Shown: piece by piece, positions 61,652 to 64,000 of the stretch
How the letters are laid out: the number at the start of each line of letters is the position of its first letter
How positions within the stretch are numbered: position 1 is the stretch's first letter
Assembly: GCA_963845565.1 (NCBI GenBank)
Contig: CAWJSJ010000004.1
Location: 32,001-96,000, forward strand
From: an uncultured Methylomirabilota bacterium
GTDB lineage: Bacteria > Methylomirabilota > Methylomirabilia > Methylomirabilales > 2-02-FULL-66-22
Length of the DNA stretch: 64,000 bases
Direction of reading: 5' to 3'
Program-made: the position numbers and the translations under genes
Notes under the pieces: model-generated
Database searches by the model: none
Told to the model about the DNA's origin: nothing
What the model saw: the letters and a program-made list of their open reading frames with translations, nothing else

Positions 61652-62455
61652 GTGTCGGAAACCAAGGAACAGATTGCCTCGGCCATTATCAGAGCCCGTA
61701 GGGAGTTGGAGGAGGCGCTGTATGAGCTGGAGAAACTCCCGGCGGTGAGTCAAAGTTCTGTCAGTTTTGTCGCACACGCACTGAACAACTATCTCAACAT
61801 CACAGCGGGCACGGTCGAACTACTCTTGTTGTCGCTGGCGGACCATCCCAACCCTCAAATTCGCACCGGGCTGGAGGCATTGCAGCAGGCAACCAACTTG
61901 ATGATGCACACCGTCAGCCAACTGATGATGACCTCGAATGGCGCGGACGGCGAGCTGCGATTTGACCAAGTGGATCTGTCGATCCTGGTCAAGCGCTTCT
62001 CCACCTATTATCAACGCATTGCGGATCGGAAACAGATTCGTTGCCTCCTGGAAACCACGGGCGATGTTCCCCCGGTGCGCACGGATCGGGTGACGGTCGC
62101 CGTGGTGTTGGATAACCTGTTTTCGAACGCGGTGAAGTACTCCCCGCCCGGAAAGGTTATCCGGGTCCGCGTATCTGCCGATCGGGACGGGGTGGTCTGC
62201 AGTGTCCGGGACGAAGGCCCAGGCCTGAGCCAAGAAGACCAGGCCAAACTGTTCCAGCGGGGCGTGCAGTTGACCCCCAAGCCCACGGCCGGAGAGTCGT
62301 CAGCCGGGTACGGCTTGGCGGTAGCCAAGGAGTTCATCGAACGATTGGGGGGCACCATCTGGTGTGAGAGCGTTTTGGGCCAGGGCGCATGTTTCTCATT
62401 TCGACTGCCCCGCGGCGAAGCGCACGCCCACGGAGAACTGAATCGGTCCTCCTAG
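61652..62455 (+). CDS. histidine kinase without sensor domain
   Basis: FVAHALNNYL H-box; DNLFSNAVKYSP; DEGPG; GYGLAV. Confidence 0.88.
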   Translation: MSETKEQIASAIIRARRELEEALYELEKLPAVSQSSVSFVAHALNNYLNITAGTVELLLLSLADHPNPQIRTGLEALQQATNLMMHTVSQLMMTSNGADGELRFDQVDLSILVKRFSTYYQRIADRKQIRCLLETTGDVPPVRTDRVTVAVVLDNLFSNAVKYSPPGKVIRVRVSADRDGVVCSVRDEGPGLSQEDQAKLFQRGVQLTPKPTAGESSAGYGLAVAKEFIERLGGTIWCESVLGQGACFSFRLPRGEAHAHGELNRSS

Positions 62456-62627
62456 GGCGGCCATCGGCGGCGAGGAGAACCCTGCATCCCCGGTGTGAAC
62501 GGATTCGCCGGAGGTTTTCCTTGACTCCGACTCGGTCTCAAGGGTAGAAGATCCGAGGTCGGTTTGTTTGCAAGCGGCGGTTCTCATCGGTTCACGTGGC
62601 GGTACGAGACGTCGGGAGGAGAGTCGG

Positions 62628-63146
62628 ATGGCGATCAGGTTGGACGAGGCGATCCAAACAGCCCTGACCTTCGAGAACAAGGTCCTGAAGGTGTACCAGG
62701 ATGCGGCTGTCAAGATAGCCGATCCGGTCGGGAAGAAGGTCTTCCAGCAACTGGCGACCGAGGAGGCGGGGCACGTCGCCTATCTGCAGAGTCGCCTGGC
62801 GGAGTGGACCAAGAGCGGCCACCTCGATCTGGCCGAGATCACGACGATGGTGCCGAGCAAAGAGCGGATCGCTGCAGGGCGCCAGCAGGTGGCGAAGTCC
62901 ATGCGGGGGAGTCGTCCCGCGACCTCGGAGGTCGAGCATCTCCAGCGAGCCCTGGCCGCCGAGAAGGAAACGTCCGCCTTCTACCAGAGAATGGTGGCCG
63001 AACTCTCGGGCGAACGGCAGCGACTCTTTGCCCGCTTCCTGGAGATCGAGGAAGGGCACGTCGCCATCGTCCAGGCCGAGATCGACGCGGTGAGCGGGTC
63101 CGGGTTCTGGTTCGACATGAAGGAGTTCGACCTGGAGAAAGGTTGA
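62628..63146 (+). CDS. ferritin-like/rubrerythrin family protein
   Basis: ALTFE..Y, LATEEAGH, ALAAEKE..FY, EIEEGH. Confidence 0.88.
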   Translation: MAIRLDEAIQTALTFENKVLKVYQDAAVKIADPVGKKVFQQLATEEAGHVAYLQSRLAEWTKSGHLDLAEITTMVPSKERIAAGRQQVAKSMRGSRPATSEVEHLQRALAAEKETSAFYQRMVAELSGERQRLFARFLEIEEGHVAIVQAEIDAVSGSGFWFDMKEFDLEKG

Positions 63147-63204
63147 AGCCACGGTCCCGGCCGCAGGAGCGAGGCACGGAGAGCACTCGCCGGGCGCTCC
63201 GCGC

Positions 63205-64000
63205 CTACGCGTTCGCCCCGTCTCGCAGCCACGCCAGAATGTCGTTCCGGCTCGCCGCCAACCCCTTGTACCGCAACGCCTCGGCGCTCATTGACTCGAT
63301 CGTGGCGCAGAGCGGCTCGCGAAGCCCTGCTTCCTTCCGGATCTCCTCCCCGTCTCGGAACGAGATGCGCACCGCCAGAAGGGCGGCCTCCTGCGCGGGA
63401 AATCCCCACAGGACCTCGCGCTCGACGCGCAAGAAGAGCTGGGGATTCTGCGGGTCGAAGGGGCGCTCCTGCCACGCCTCTGGAGCGATCCCGGGCGGCG
63501 GCTCGCGGTGGTGGTTCAGCCGCGTGTCCGTGCAGAGCTCCCACACGAAGCGCGTGAACGGCCCGAACTGAACCATGTTGGTCACCATGCCAGGCTTCCG
63601 GAAGGTCTCCATGCCGGGAACGGCGAGGTGCATGGTCACGAAGTCCAGGCCGATCTTCTCCTCCGCCGTCCAACGATACGGAAAACACAGATGGATGGCG
63701 CTCGCCCAGTCCTTCTTGGCCACGCGGCGTACTACGGCCAGGTCTTCCTGGACCTGGGCGGCCAAGGCATCGAAGGGATCGGCGTACGGCGGGTCTGCAT
63801 CGCCTCCGGTGACGCGTTGCATTTCCGCGTCGAAGCGCAACGTTTCGTCCGTTAGGGCGCAGCACAGCGTCAACGCACCGCCGTCTTCCGCCAGGGTGAA
63901 CAGTTGCGGATATTCCTCGGCCAGGCGTCGGGCGATGAAGCGACACACGACGCCGGCCACCTCGGGCGCGAACTCGCGGGTCTGGTAATATTTCCCGAGG
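63205..64000 (-). CDS. DUF3445 / heme-dependent oxidative N-demethylase alpha-like protein (5' end outside window)
   Basis: LAAQVQEDL, HLCFPYRW..EEKIG, MHLAVPG, LRVERE, LRYKGL. Confidence 0.8.
   Translation of the reverse strand, partial: LGKYYQTREFAPEVAGVVCRFIARRLAEEYPQLFTLAEDGGALTLCCALTDETLRFDAEMQRVTGGDADPPYADPFDALAAQVQEDLAVVRRVAKKDWASAIHLCFPYRWTAEEKIGLDFVTMHLAVPGMETFRKPGMVTNMVQFGPFTRFVWELCTDTRLNHHREPPPGIAPEAWQERPFDPQNPQLFLRVEREVLWGFPAQEAALLAVRISFRDGEEIRKEAGLREPLCATIESMSAEALRYKGLAASRNDILAWLRDGANA

Noticed and set aside
1..64000. tRNA or rRNA genes, including selC
   Set aside because: None recognised by eye; Sec machinery would have to lie outside this window.

Overview
GC-rich bacterial window. 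Gene content (many Tct and ABC transporters, the repeat families) suggests an uncultured Methylomirabilota/Rokubacteria-like lineage, which is an inference only. It holds two dipeptide/oligopeptide-type ABC clusters, one inside a puuE/amidohydrolase/hydantoin-racemase catabolic locus. It also has a GntR-TctCBA-dehydrogenase operon, moaA, pfkA, cinA, an orphan flgM, and several redox or thiol genes. Most notable: (1) two genes that the ORF track cuts at an in-frame UGA look like selenoproteins, each with a SECIS-like hairpin: a MerB-like lyase and a CxU rhodanese. (2) An integron-type cassette array (56583-61290) starts inside an intI 3' remnant and carries the Sec-MerB gene, a twice-repeated ORF-less structured 153-bp unit and HigBA. 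(3) Six copies of a 125-167 bp palindromic MITE/REP-like element show compensatory changes and sit at stop codons or RBSs. (4) There is a 5'-truncated group II intron plus several pseudogene and IS scars. Scattered single-base homopolymer frameshifts may be assembly errors. All family calls come from motif recognition by eye; no searches were run.
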